Source of the DNA: Macrostomum lignano
Taxonomy: Eukaryota
NCBI GenBank assembly: GCA_002269645.1
Contig: NIVC01000042.1
Span: 310,001 to 374,000, forward strand
Reading direction: 5' to 3'
DNA length: 64,000 nt
In this document: positions 48,357 to 62,358 of the stretch, in pieces
How the letters are laid out: every line of letters starts with the position of its first letter
How positions within the stretch are numbered: position 1 is the stretch's first letter
Made by a program: the position numbers and the translations under genes
The notes under the pieces: generated by a model
What the model saw: the letters and a program-made list of their open reading frames with translations, nothing else
The model's database searches: none
What the model was told of the DNA's origin: nothing

Positions 48357-51300
48357 TTACTCGTCGCCATTGTTACTAGTCTCGCCGTTTAGAACTTGCG
48401 GTTGAATTTTGACAACGGCAGCGGCGGCCGCTGCGGCATCAGTTGGAGAGAAGAATTCCCTAGCATAGGGGAATAAATCGTGCAATTGCGTGCGCAGCCG
48501 ATTCAAATTGTCGGCATCTACTGTGCCAAATAGATCGCCAGACCGGAGCTCAATGTAGGCATTGGAGCAGGCTTCCAGTTGGCGCTCAATACCGGCTGCT
48601 GAGCCGGCGGACAGGGCGGCGGTCAGGGCTGCTAAGCAGGCCGACTGGCTGGTGGAGCCTTCCAGCTCGTATTTTAGACGGAGGCCTGGCGTTGAAAATA
48701 GAAATTTGAATTTTTACAAAAGTACTTAATGCACGATTTATCCTACGCGGCGCTCTGATGTGCCAGCGGCCCAGGCTCGATTCCTAGTGCAGTTACATTA
48801 ATTTAGGGCTGAATTGGAATCTTGGCTTCGCTCTGCTCTAAAGTTAGGGCAGATGTACACTCCTGAGTATGTGCCTGTGCGTATGATTGCATAGGTATTA
48901 GGGGAGCCTGCTCACGGAAGTCGGCGGAAGGGGCCGAAATGCTTCTAAACGGTTGTGTGACAATGTCGCTTAAAGTGCGCCAGGGTTTTGAGGATTTTGG
49001 GAAATGATCCAATTCTAAATCTGTTATTTTATTAGTTACTTTGTTCCCTATCCATACCAAAAGCCGCTCATGCATTTAGGCTTACCCCAGCAGGTGTTCA
49101 CAAAATTGCCGGCACTCTTAGCTAGAAAGGCGTCATTAAAAGCTTTTGGCGCAACGCTGGCGCTGCCAAACAGACTGGGCAGGTGTTGCACAATCAGAGC
49201 TCGAACTGGCGGCTCCATAGCGGCCATGGCGCCCTGCTGATCGGCTGTCATAGCCAGGAAGCGAACTAAACAAGCGTGCAGCCAAGGATGGCTAGCATCG
49301 ATTGACTTGGCTTTCAATAGGCAGCGCAGCATCAGCAGCGGACGTTGCCTCGCCCGATAGACATCGAAGCCGAGGCATTGAGCTTCCACACTGTCCGGGC
49401 ACAGATTGAGCAGCGGGCGAAGAAAGGTCACGGCCTGATCTAACGGCTTATCAGTGCGGGCCAGCTTCTCAGGGTCGAGAGCCTCCTCTTTGAATGCGTT
49501 TGCGTCCGAATCGGCGTCGTGCTCTTTGTTATGCGCCTTTCTAGCCGCTAGACGGGCCGCTTGCTCTTGTTCGGCTTTTTGGCGCTCCTGGCCAAATTAT
49601 GGAATAGTTCTTATTTCTTAGGCGTTTCATTATGATATTTAATATATGAATAAATCTTTAAGCTAGTGCATTTAGTTTAATAATAAAGTGCATGTGACTA
49701 CTCTTAGACAGTAGTAGAATTTGCATATGTAAAGATAAAGTTTTTAATACTTTACTATTTATATCTGTTCTTGAGTAGTACACTAGTGAATTTTTCAAGT
49801 GAGCAACCTTAAATATTTAAAAACTCGGTAATACCAATTATGTAATTGTTCATACCTGTTCGGCCCTTCTCTGAGCCTTTCTCTGTTTGCTTCTCAGCTT
49901 TTTGGCTTCTCCAGCAGACAGGCCGTCATTTTTTCCAACAGAGTCGTCAGCCAGAGCGTCCAAAGGCCGCCTATGCAGCATGAGATAGGTGTCAATAGCT
50001 AATCGGGCCGCAGTAAAATAATACGGATGCGCTTTGAGCTTGTCCTCTAGCCTCAGCATGGACACGTACGCTCTTAGTGTCATCTTGCGCAAGCAATATG
50101 AATGGAAATCGAATTGGTCCTCGACCATTTCGTTGAAATGGCGTTCAACTTCGTGGCACTTTTTTAGGGCCTGGCCGTACTGGCCCAGGCGTTTGTAGGA
50201 AGCGGCGCATTCGGTCAGGTACCACATGCACTGCATGTCGGCCAGGTGCTCACCGGCGATTGTGCCCTCCTACAAAAAAACAAAACGTACACAATGTAAT
50301 TTTATGCTTTAGAAAGTTTTCGACGATACATATCGGCTACGCAAATTTAAAACATGGCTTTAGTTTATATTTTCACTCGTATTATTGAGTACTGTGCGTT
50401 AAAAATATTCAGAACACTGAAAAAATTGCGCTACCAAAATCGCAAAAACTCGGGGCCAAGCCGGGATTCGAACCCGGGACCTCTCGCACCCGAAGCGAGA
50501 ATCATACCCCTAGACCACTTGGCCGGCTGATCCGAAGGTGGCGAGACTGGCAACATAAACTGAGAGGCAGATTCGCAGGTTAAGCTGTGATAAACTTATT
50601 GTTAACGTGACCTAAGCTAACCTGTAACCAGCTTACGTAGGTAACCGATTGCATAAATTAAAAACATATTTAGAATACAAGTTAAATGCACAACTTAGCT
50701 TTTGAAAAGAACCGTATATTGGCGTAAGCATAGACATCTAAGACAGCAAAACAATAAATCTGTTGTTATTTGCATATGAATCAAATCATTATCTTAAATT
50801 TGTATTGAATAATAATCACAATTTACTTGAAAACTACTGAAAGTAGCATTATTATTCAAAAAGTAAATTTCACTACAAAAGTCACTATTGGTTATTATAG
50901 AGATAGATAGATAGATAGTCAGATAGATTAAGATTATTACTTACCCGAGTGAACCGACCAAGAAACTGTTCAGCCTCCTCCATCCTGCCAGCCTGTATCA
51001 GGTAGCGAGCGCAGACAGAATTGACGTATCGATCGGCCGTGTCTAAACTTTGCGCCTCTTTTAAATATTCGCAAGCTGACACGATATCGCCGGCGTCTTT
51101 GTAGATTTGGCCTTTGAGCGAGTAGAGCTCGGTGAGGGTTGGGGTGTGCTCAATAGCCAGATCGATCACGCGCAGGGCCTCGGCCGGCCGGCCCAGCTTG
51201 CTATAGTGCTGGGCCAAGTAGTACCAGACCCACACCAAGGTGGAAGGCGGCTCGGCGCTAGAGGCCGGATCCGATTCGCCGAATCTGCCGCAGTCAGCTA

Positions 51301-52494
51301 GACTGGACCGATAGCCTTCAACCAATCGGAGCGCGACATCGGCTTTGCCAGGCTGGTCGTACAGGCCTTCAACCAATCGGAACAGTTGCGGCACGCCTTT
51401 GTGAAACGCCTGCCTAAGATAGTTGTCAAGCTCTTTAACGAATTCGTCGCCGGTTAGAAAATCCAATGGCAACCGTCTGGGCATGGCGGCGCGCGGATGC
51501 GTCTTGCGCAGGTCAGCGTAGATAGCCATCCGTTCGACTGGTCCGCTTGGCTTGAGCAGCTCCTCTAGCTGAGCATAGTAGGCTCGATTCTCCGGATTAA
51601 CGCTAATTAATTCTCTCATGACGGTCTCAGACTCGGACAGGCGGCCGAGCTCCGAGCAGAGGCGGGCGCGCACCTCTTTGGTGTAGGTTCGATCCATTAT
51701 GTTAGCGTCGTGCTCGTTAAGAAAGTCGAGCGCAGCTTGCTGTTGGCCAGCTTCCAGCATCACGGATACCATGTACAGTAGCAGCTCAGAGTGCTCATAA
51801 TCGTACTGGCTAGATGGTTTCTGAGTCTTGCAATATTCCTTCAGTATAGCCAAAGTGCCATCGTAGTCGCCTAGCAAATGAAAGCTCATTGCGTATCCAA
51901 TCCAAGATGCTTTCTGTTGCGGTCTCAGCAGCAACAGTTGATAGCGGGTATCCCTATAGCCATCTAGAATGCGCATTTGCACCTGCAGCAGAGACAAATC
52001 GCGCAATATTTGCATATTGTCCGATTCAAATCGTAGAGCGCATTTGTAAGCTTTCATAGCTTCGTCGTATTTGCGTTCGGCTCGTTGCAACAAGCCAAAT
52101 ACGTGCCAACCTGATTGATAAGCAAATAAGAATGGAGCATTTAAGCTACTGTTAGTAGCACGCTTGGAATAAATTTAATAAAAATAAAATCGAACATAAA
52201 TTTTTCAGTACTTACAAATACAACTCTTTAGATTGTTTTTTAGGCCGCGCTTGACCAGTTCCCATGCCTCATCTTTCTTACCCATGTAGCTGAGTATGAG
52301 GCCTTTCATTGCCAAAGTTTCTGCAGGTTAAATAATTATAATTGACAATTAAATACACAATTGCATATTGCCAATAATTCCATATTTCTCATTGTAAAAC
52401 AAAACTTACCACCATGTTCACTAAATTTTGGATTGGACAGGATCTGTTTGGCAAATTTGAGTCCATTTTTGTATTGCTTCTGTTCGTAGCATTT
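48357..52494 (-). CDS. NAA15: N-alpha-acetyltransferase 15/16, NatA auxiliary subunit (first short coding exon not located)
   Basis: Exons 52494-52410, 52320-52216, 52110-50945, 50269-49856, 49587-49086, 48685-48357; GT-AG with consistent phases. [81 protein letters not shown]. Confidence 0.96.
50453..50524 (-). tRNA. tRNA-Pro (CGG), intronic in NAA15
   Basis: 72 nt GGCCAAGTGGTCTAGGGGTATGATTCTCGCTTCGGGTGCGAGAGGTCCCGGGTTCGAATCCCGGCTTGGCCC; perfect 7-bp acceptor stem, anticodon CGG, TTTTT terminator a few nt downstream. Confidence 0.97.
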
Positions 52495-55400
52495 CTACAA
52501 TGAAGGAATTAAGATGAAGTGTTATTATAGTAAGGTTGTTTAAACTGTTTTTGCTTAAGATAGATTCTTATATTGGTGTTATATTTAGGTATTCACTTTG
52601 TATCGAATTTCTTGACTAATAAGCCATTCTTATCTCAGCTGATATTGTTGTTAATAACTATAATATGCTATTCACAAAAAATTAAATGTATGCTAAACAT
52701 TGTTTCAAATAATTTGATAAATGAAACATACTATTTGTTTTAAAAATGCTATATATGAGCTAATATATATCAATTGTTAATGAATCAAGTGTATGCAATA
52801 TTTGTTTACCTACTAGAATGTGTATTTGTACTTTTCTGTGCCTTTCCTGCATATTTTATCTGTCCTTGCTGATTAGACTTGCACTGCTAAAGGACAAAAC
52901 TATTAAGTTTGGCTTTATCAAGGTCCATATGATAAATATAGAACAATATGCAATCTACAATCTATTATTCTTTGTGGTGCTATTGAAAGCCACAAAAAAG
53001 CATATTTGTTGCATGCTATGCCTTTTTTGAGTTATTCAAGTGTTTTCAAGCTGTGGAATTATAGTACCATTTGAAAACAGGATTATACTAATGCAATTTG
53101 AAACCTATGCAATTTTCCAAATGTTTTTGAGAGATAGTAATAATCTTTTTTCAATCATGGTTTTGATGCTTTTCAATCATTTTGCTTTATACCTACTTTG
53201 ACCACCCTGTCCCTTGGGCTAGATCAGCTAAATGTTGCACCAATATAACTAGGATGCTAGATAGCAATAGTAAAAAATTCAAAAATAAATGAAATACAAA
53301 TATTTCTATTCAACTTTTATCACTTATATTTCTAAGCCTTTTGACCCATAGAAAGTGCAAATCTTTAAAATACCAATAATTATACAACTATAAATTATTA
53401 AACCTACAAAATTTAAACTACTACATTCTAACCCTTAGAACTATTTTTGCACATATATATTCCTAAATCTGAAGTCATACTAAAACAAATACCTATTAAT
53501 AGTTAGGATAGAAGCAAATAGAAATATAAGGGTAAATTAGTGTCAAACCAAGATTTGAAAAAGCATTGATCTCATTAGCTGGGATGCCATGCTATATAGA
53601 TTGAGAGGTGATGTCTGTCTGATGTCTGAGATACAAAGAAAAACTCTAGCCTTTGCCACTTTCTATCTGGTCTATGGAACTTTTCTTCTCTTTTTGTCTT
53701 TTTTCTTCTTACTCTTATCTCATTTCTTTTTTTTTTCTATTAAAAATATTTCATTGAAAAAATAGACACTTAAGTTAAAGGCTAAGTTTAGATCAAAAGT
53801 TAAGAAATAAGAAAATAAAAAAAATTAGCAAAAAATTATAGCAAAAATTTTATAATAAATATATTATATTTAACAGGGTTCCATTTGCATATGCTGTTTG
53901 CTTTAGACTTTATATAATTTTTAGACTTTTAGGCTTTATTCAACTGTTAACTTTGTATAATATTCAAAAAATGCTATTGTTCTATATTGTACTAATAACA
54001 TACTGGCATTATTTTGATTTATCTTACCATTTTTTAACCAAAAATATGTTTACCAAAACATATATATTGCCTATAAACATATCTGTTTATTAGTAATAAG
54101 TTATTGTTTATTTCTCAATCAGGCATGGCACTCAGCATGAACCAGACTATGGTCTAATATATGTCATGTTATCTTTTGTGAGTCTATCTTATTCTTTATC
54201 TTGCCCACATTTCCCAACAATGGAATGATCTGGAAACCATACGAACACAGCTTAATATACTCTCATAATCTCAATATACTAATTCTGATGTATAATTCAA
54301 TATATCTTTACCTACACCTATAAAAATGAAAACAGTATGTACAAAATTACTTTGCTATAGACTTCCAAACTGCTCAATCAAATTATACCAAATTTTGCAC
54401 CTACCCTAAATTTACTATAGAAATTGTCATAGGCTACCTATTCATGCCCTATTCATAGGCTACCGGTTTAAAATTTCTATGCAAAATTTTCATGGTTGTA
54501 ACTGATTTCCTTTTCAATAAAATGATGCACTACTCATATTAAGGAGGTGCAATGCTTTCTCTTTCAAAAATTCCTGTTTGCAGATTTTAAAGTGAACTGT
54601 GTCTATTGCTAGATATAGAATAATATACACACTGCAAAATCTATATAGAGAGCATTAAGTGAAATGCACTTTGAAACTGCTTTTTTGACCCTAGATTTGT
54701 CTAAGCCTTTGTACTTTGTCTAAGTATAAAATGCTCCTTTCTTGGCTAAAAAAGGCTTTGCATAGGGGCGCATTAAGATTCTAGCTATGGTCTATAGTTA
54801 GCCCAGCTGACCATGTCAGCAAGAATGAAGCTTTTGTATTTGTAGCTCTAGCACAAAAAGGTTAAATTGTAGAAAACATATAGTTACATAAGTATAAGTA
54901 TATATAAGTATTTACAACTACATATAAGTACATATAATTATATATATATAAGTTATTAAGTTTTAGGCAAAGTTAGGCTTGGGCTGATCAGATTTTTAGC
55001 ACTAACCTTTTTTAAAATCCAGTAGTTCAAACATGTGGAACTTTAAAACTTTTTTATATAGTATAGCTATATTCATTTTTAGTCTTGTTGTGAGAGTTGT
55101 CTAGATATAAAATATCAAATGACATTTATGCTCCAGAAGTTTTAAAGCATTGCTAATAAAAGCATTACCTTTAACTATACATTGCATTTCATTGTTTGGA
55201 TCTTCACTTCAGTATCATTGACATTGTTAACAGATACCTAATTGTCAATTGCTAGTCTGACTTTGTCTTTCCATTCTTTGTATAAGACACTTTCAAAAAG
55301 ATGTCAAAGAGACAAGCTTCACCTGCCATAGCCACACCTGGCCCTAGCCTTGCCACATCTGCTATACCAAAGTGCTTAAGACCAAAACAAGGTATAGTAA

Positions 55401-55699
55401 TGTGTACAGTTAAGACTATAATTGACTGCGAAATGTAGATGAAAAAAGAGTCCTGCTTAAGACATCATAGGGCTGACACAGTTCTGGAGCTGCTTGGTCA
55501 TCACAAGATTGATGATCAGCAGAAATAGAAGTTGTTGAGGCATACTGTAGCTCTGCAGCAGACAGAAAATTCTTTGTACAAATCACATAATTGGGAAATG
55601 CAGACAAGTGGCGAATCTTGGTATGACTTAGGCCTGTCTGATCAGCATTTTTTAACTCCCTAATTGCAACCTCCTGCTTTGCCATCAGTAGATAAGTAG

Positions 55700-56190
55700 C
55701 ATGGTATTGAGGCTGCCTTGCAAGAGGAAATCTATTTACTGAGACAGGAACAGATCAAGTTCTATCTATAGATTTCATCTCACAATGAATGCATCTGCTG
55801 TTTTCATCTAAAGCTGCAGCAATGACCGCAAACAAAGCATATCAACCAGCAACTCAATTGGCAGGAGCACTTGCAAGACTGGCAATTCAAAGTGAAGATG
55901 CAAGTTGCAACCATCCAAAAGCTTTAGTTGGAAGCAAAAGATAAGAGCTGGCAACGCTGCATTAACAAGAAGGCCAAGAAAGCCACTTTTGACCTAAAAT
56001 GCAAAATTTGAGTTCTGAAAGGCCAGTAAGACGATGCTTACAAGTGGATAATTAGAGACTTTGTGTTTGAGATGATGACAATGGAAGCCAAGCCAAAGGG
56101 AGCATTGCAGTACTCAAGCCAAATAATGTTTTATATGCATCATTGGTTCTGGACTACCATGTATAGCTGCAGCATGTCTAGACTTGTATT
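55700..56190 (+). pseudogene. Fossil coiled-coil-like coding sequence of unknown origin
   Basis: One frame reads protein-like for ~160 codons (GIEAALQEEIYLLRQEQIKF...DDAYKWIIRDFVFEMM) with five isolated stops, each one C-to-T change from CAG/CGA/CAA. Confidence 0.35.
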
Positions 56191-59100
56191 TGCAAAGTGC
56201 TGCAATGTATTGGCAGATTCAAGCACACTGACAAACTGCATCTGCCTGCTGCTGCAATTATTAGTGCCACTGAATACAGCATGAATAGTTGTTTAGCTAA
56301 GGCTAGTGTCATGGACACCTTGCTTGAAGCTGCCCAAGGCAACACTCTATTGACCTTAATGACAAATGCAACTAAAAAGGGCCAGAACTACTCCAAGATT
56401 TAGGTATGTTGACACTACTTGTATATGTACATTATTGTTGATCCATTGTTGATGATTGTATGCTAGTGGATAAGTTACATATTTGATAAAACACATTATG
56501 AGAGTACAATTTCTAACATAGTGTGCATTTTTCATAGATCAACACCAGAGACTTTTGCCAAGTAGGCCTGTTGCTTTGAGGTCAAGGATGGAACTGCTAC
56601 AGTCTATATGGAAGATATAGATGCTGCACTCAATGAGCTTGTCAATTCATACAGCATATTAGTGATAGCTAATTCTAGTGCTAAGGATTGCCAGAAACTG
56701 AAAATGAGCCTTTTTGTGCATTAATTTTTTGATGACTAATTGCCATGTCATTAACAGATCATTGCTGGTATATAGATTGACTATTATACTAAACATTGCA
56801 TATAATGAAGGCAAGTTTGGAATAAGTTTCTAACCAGTTTCTCCTCTAACCCCTCCCCCACCCAGGTGCTTCTCAATAATATGCGCATGTAGCTAGCAGC
56901 CCAGCAGGGACTCGAACCCCTAGAGAGTATATTAGCACTTTTCTATGGGATATACCTAATCGTGAACTTGGCGTCAGCTACTGAGAATGGACTTTGCAAG
57001 TTTGAGAAGTGTGTCTCCCCATATTTGCTAGGGGTCGCTTCTCTATCTGATTTTTGGCCTTTGCAGATAGAATCAAGGATGCAGCAAACTATTTGCACTG
57101 TCTGCAAAGCTAAAGTTCCAATATGAGGATAGCGCCTATTGGGAACATGGAGAGATCCTCTGTCTATTCTCACTGTTGGACGAAGCAAAGATATCCTTGA
57201 TCAGTGCTTTATTATTGCCTTAGATGACTACCTAGACAAGGAATACAAGTATAATCTCTACGTTGATTACATGAAGAAAGACTATTATGTCCTATTAATA
57301 CTTGCAAAGGATTCTAGAAGCATAGATGAGGATAAAGATGAAGAGAATGATTATTTTAAAGATTTTTATATACTTTTTTAGTGCTACAGCTGAGATTCTA
57401 GGGGCATTTTAGTGCCACAAGGGGTGTATCTATTGTGCTCCTATGTAGTAAAGCAGAAAATTGGGATCTCAATGTAGAGTAGCCAAATTTGGTATGTTTG
57501 TATTATAGACTAGCTGAATAGCTAGATAAGTGGAACAGCTAGGCTGCCAAATAGCTAGCTAGTAATGAGCTAGTAAGTAGGATAGCAGAACATTATATAA
57601 CCACTGGAGTATTAGAGCATTGAGAATCTCCTATTTCCCATTTGAATACACTACTGTACCAGAGAATAGTTACTTTTTTGTTAGTTACTTTAATTATTAA
57701 TTGTTACCTACTCATTTAAATTAAAAATAGTTTTTAAAGCCTTAAATTTTTCTATCTTTGCCTTCAATTCTAAATTATACAATTGATTATAGGACAAGGC
57801 ATTTCATACAATAAATATAATACATTGTTATTTCTGCCTTATACCTATAGTGTTTAACTAATTTAAGCCTAAATTTCATTAAGAGTGACAAAATCTTAAA
57901 TTTTGAGACCTTTTCTATTTGCTTTGTCTTGCCATTTAATATAGAAAAATAGCTTCAAAAAGCTTTCATATTTTGGATTAAAAAAAATTTGATTTTTCAT
58001 ATTTTTAATAACAAAACCAATACATTGAGATAGAACTAAGAACTTCATGAGCAACAGAGATTTCTTCCTAAAATTTGTGCTCTATATATGTAGTTTTGCA
58101 TACAGAACACAAATTTGAAATTGTTTTGTCTTTCTCTCTATTAGAAATTGTAAAAAAAGATTTTAAGTACATAAAAGTATGATGTAGAAAATTTTCTTCA
58201 CTAAAAACATCAAATATTATAGTATTTTTATCTACCTTTATGTTTATACAAAGATAATTTGTTTAAAACATTGTTTTCAATGAAAACTTTTGACTTTATG
58301 ATTGTATTTTCTTCTGTAAAAAAGGTTGCAAGTTTTTTGCAGCAAAAGTGTGGTCCTAGTCATTTTATCAATTGGCATTTTGTCAAGTGGCCATTTTGTC
58401 AACTTGGTTTTATCACTGGTCATTTTTTCAACTAGCCAATGAAGCAATCTCAAACCTTGGTCACTTTGTCAACTGGCCAATAGGGAGTTTCCCAACATTG
58501 GTCACTTTGTCAACTGCCAATAAACTATCCCCCACCACTACAAAAAAAGTAAAATTGAACCCAGAAATGACTAAGGCAATAGGCTAATTTAATACCCTTC
58601 TAAAACATCTTCTGGCTTTTGATTGATGCATCTCTGTTATATGCTTGTACATGTACTAACAAAATATAATGCGCTTATATGTTTGAAATGTGTGCAGCAC
58701 GATGGGCTGAAATCCTATGTTCCACATTTGTATATGTTAAATTTTGAATGCAGAAGTTAATTAAGAAGTACATGTAGTTGAGGAGTACACGGACCGAAGA
58801 TAATACTTGAAGTGGCCGGGTCTTCTATTCACAAAATATACATAGCAATAGGTCTTGACATTGTATAGCAAGATGGTCTCAATCACTGCCTTGCCTGGAA
58901 CAATGCTGCCTTCTAGTGGTCAACTATATATTAAGCTGGCCTTGGACTGCAAGACTCCCTAGACTATATGTAACTATACTGTAGCTCAAGCCAGTAGTGT
59001 TGGAACATATTTCATGGTAGGGGGGCTATTGATAGGAGGGCACATTGCACATAATTTCTTCTAATCTAAGGGCACTTAAACTCCTGCTGTTATATCAGTT

Positions 59101-59481
59101 TGTGGCATTATGACACAACTAGGCCAATATTCAATTCTGTGTTAGAGTAGCCAAAAGTCTGAAAATGCTCAAATTTTCAATGAATTTAAACATTTTATAA
59201 CTGTACTGCATTCATTTCAAGGACTATGCTTAAAGTGACTTTAGTGGTTCTTGACTAATTTATTTAGTACACAGTCATATAGATATTTCAAATGAATGAA
59301 AATTGCAAGGGCAAGAACAGTAATTTTTTGGATCTCTTGGCATTGTCTCTATTCTATACGCTAACAGCATTTTAGTGATTTTTGTTACAGCGCCCATAGT
59401 GGTTTAAGTTTTAAGATTGCGGCAGACTTGAAATTTTGATCAGAGGTGCCAAAGGAGAAGGAGAAAGGCTAAAAACTAAAA

Positions 59482-59550
59482 CAGGGGTCATCAAACTCTA
59501 GTTCACGGGCCATATGTGGCCCGCAAAGCCTTTCCATCTGGCCCTCCATA
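59482..59550 (+). mobile_element. hAT (Charlie-like) terminal fragment
   Basis: CAGGGGTCATCAAACTC...CGGGCCATATGTGGCCCGC is typical of Charlie-type MITE ends; partner end not found. Confidence 0.5.
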
Positions 59551-59625
59551 GGAATGAAACTGTTTGGGACTTGTTATTGACATTGTCAATTTTTGCAACT
59601 TAGTATTTTGCCACAACTTAGAATT

Positions 59626-61018
59626 GGGATAGCAACGTTTGCCTGCCAGACGTTTGCCAGCCAACGTTTGCTTATGGGACCTTTGCCAGCCGACATTTGC
59701 CAGTGGAACATTTGCCAGCCGAAGTTTGCCTGCCAGACGTTTGCCTGTGGGACGTTTGCCAGCCAACATTTGCCAGCCGACATTTGCCAGCCAACGTTTG
59801 CCAGCAGGACGTTTTCTAGCTAAAGTTTGCCTGCCGGACGTTTGCCAGCCAATGTTTGCCTGCCGGAAGTTTGCCAGCCAAAATTTGCTAGCCAAATTAA
59901 AGCAAGTCAGTGAAAAATTTGATACTCAAATATTCGCAGTTTAGCAGTTTGACAAAAACCGTTTTTATTCCAACTTTTTGACAGTTATTTGCATGTATAC
60001 AAGTTTGAAAGCAAAATATATAAATAATGCAGTTTATCAGTCTAATGTCTAATATCTAGTTTAACAATGATTTTGGCACAACATATCAAAAGATGAACAT
60101 TGGGTTTGCCTTGTATGAAAGCAATAACAATTGTTGTGCTGAAAAGATGAAAACTTCCTATCTCCTTATGGCCTTCAAAACATTTTTCATAGATTTTGAG
60201 TGCTGCGTACTTCTACTTTAGTAGTCCTTGGCGTGACTAAGCTTTGCATACATAGTGTCTAGTGCTTGCTATCCTACTAGCTTGCTACTGGTGGCTTGTC
60301 TGGCTATTCAGCTATATAGCTTACTATAAAAACGTACCGCATTCGACTTGTCTACACATGTACATTGAGATTGCATTTTCCTGGCTTACTTGAGTAGTAA
60401 TACAACAGAATTGGAATCAATTTGCTTACTTTTGGATCTCCCAATAAACTGAGAAATATATGAGCCAAAATTACCGCTCAGCAGCTCTTTTTGTTTGCCT
60501 CATAACCTAATTGCTGGAGATTCCCGTTGTAATCTGCGCGTCTTCTTTTGCACATCAAAAATCAAACATCTCAAACTGGGAAAAAGGATACACAATTGTC
60601 AAAAGTAAACAATATTTTCACATTCAAAGTGAAATCCTATCTATCTATCTAATATTTTCACATTCAAACTTGTATACATGCAAATAACTGTCAAAAAAAT
60701 GGAGTAAAAATAGTTTTTGTCAAACCGCTAAACTGCAAATGTTTCAGTATCAAATTTTTCACTGACTGGCTTTATATTGGCTAGCAAATTTTGGCTGGCA
60801 AACTTCTGGCAGGCAAACGTCAGCTGGCAAATGTCCGGCAGGCAAACGTCCAACTGGCAAATGTCCCGCTGGCAAACATCTGGCAGGCAAACTTCGGCTG
60901 GCAAACGTCCTGCTGGCAAACGTCGGCTGGCAAACGTTGGCTGGCAAATGTTGGCTGGCAAACGTCCCGCAGGCAAATGTCAGCTGGCAAACATCCTGCA
61001 GGCAAACGTCGTAGACCC
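59626..61018. mobile_element. Foldback/Mutator-like non-autonomous element with ~390-bp TIRs
   Basis: Arms 59626-~60020 and ~60650-61018 are inverted copies built of TTTGCCAGC/TTTGCCTGC subrepeats. Flanks CTTAGAATT / CTTAGATTC suggest a decayed 9-bp TSD. Confidence 0.75.
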
Positions 61019-61114
61019 CTTAGATTCCTATGGCACTTTTATTACACTTGCAAAATCATTTTCTGAAAGTGGCAACTGGCACAAGGAAATGAAGTTGCCA
61101 GATGGGCCTTTGAT

Positions 61115-62358
61115 TAGTGATGGATTGAAATTATTTTTCAAATTGAAATCAAAATTTTCGGTTCCTTAGAATCGAAATCAAAATTGAAATTGAAATCGAA
61201 ATTTTTGAGCTTAACAAATTTTTACTTTTTTGCTAATCATCCCTATAGGAAAAAGTTGTAAAACTGCAGACGGTGTCCGGCGCACTTTTGAAATTTTTCT
61301 AAAGTGCAGCGCGCGCACAGGCACATTGCCTGCGTGCGCGCTGCCCTTTCTTACTGGCTGCTGCTCTAGCAAATACATATACATTGAAATGGGTATAATA
61401 CCTCTGTTGAAAAAATTTCAATTTCAAAAAAAATTTAGAAGTGAAAATTTTGGTAGTGTCTAAAAAGTCGCTAAAAAACAAACTACTTTCTACTACATAT
61501 ACATATATTACTTTTTGCTTAAGCAGTAAATTGAAAGTAAAAAAGTGAGTGTTGATCATACTAAACTTTGTTTTTCTGAATTATGATTTTGGGAAATTTC
61601 AATTTTGATTTTGGAAAGTTAGCGAATTTTGATTTCAACGAAACTGCAGATCTTTTGGAACATCTCTAATAATCCTAAAGCGGGGTAAAATAGTTTGACT
61701 CTTTTTTAAAGCGCGCGTCCGCAGGTTTTTAACATTTATTCCAATAGGGCTAATCATGCAAAAAGGTTAACACCTTGCCTCTGCATGTATGAGCTTATAT
61801 GTTTTATAAAAAGTATCTTTGATATGTTTAAACCAGAATACTTAGGATTTAACTTACTTTAAAAATACAAAATAGAAAATGCTAGTGTATTATGTATTAT
61901 ACACTCGTACATAGAAATATAGTAGAAGTTGTATTATACTTCACCGCTGTTTAAGCTGAAGATCTAGATACGAATAGCCTATATCCATTTTATTAAGGCT
62001 TTAAGTCTAGCCAATTAAAATCCACGCTGATGAGATCAGCCAGTGGGCTTGTAGAGGTTGAGGTGGGTGCAGCACAAGGCCTGGAACAGTGTGTGCCCCG
62101 CACAATCTTTCTTGTAGAAAAGGTGATTCTCACCTCCCCACTGAGTCTTTGAACCGCATTTCCTTTCACTTCCTATAGATTTTCTTTATTGTGTAGCATG
62201 ATCATCAATGTCTAAATTGTTAAAATATAACCAAAATTTTGAAATGATTTTTGATGAATGGTGTCAAAATTTGAAATTGAAATCAAAATTATTTTGATGC
62301 AAAATTAGTTTTGAAATTCGGAATATCGATATCGAAATCAAATTTTGATCCATCACTA
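61115..62358. mobile_element. hAT-family MITE, 1244 bp
   Basis: TIRs TAGTGATGGAT / ATCCATCACTA; perfect 8-bp TSD CCTTTGAT at 61107-61114 and 62359-62366; subterminal GAAATC/GAAATT repeats. Confidence 0.88.

Noticed and set aside
48765-48790. tRNA-like B boxes (GGCTCGATTCC here; GGTTCGAGTCCC at ~56905)
   Set aside because: No complete cloverleaf or A box; at most decayed SINE or tRNA fragments.
48850-48915. Hairpin followed by ACA in an NAA15 intron (possible H/ACA RNA)
   Set aside because: No convincing H box or second hairpin could be identified by eye.
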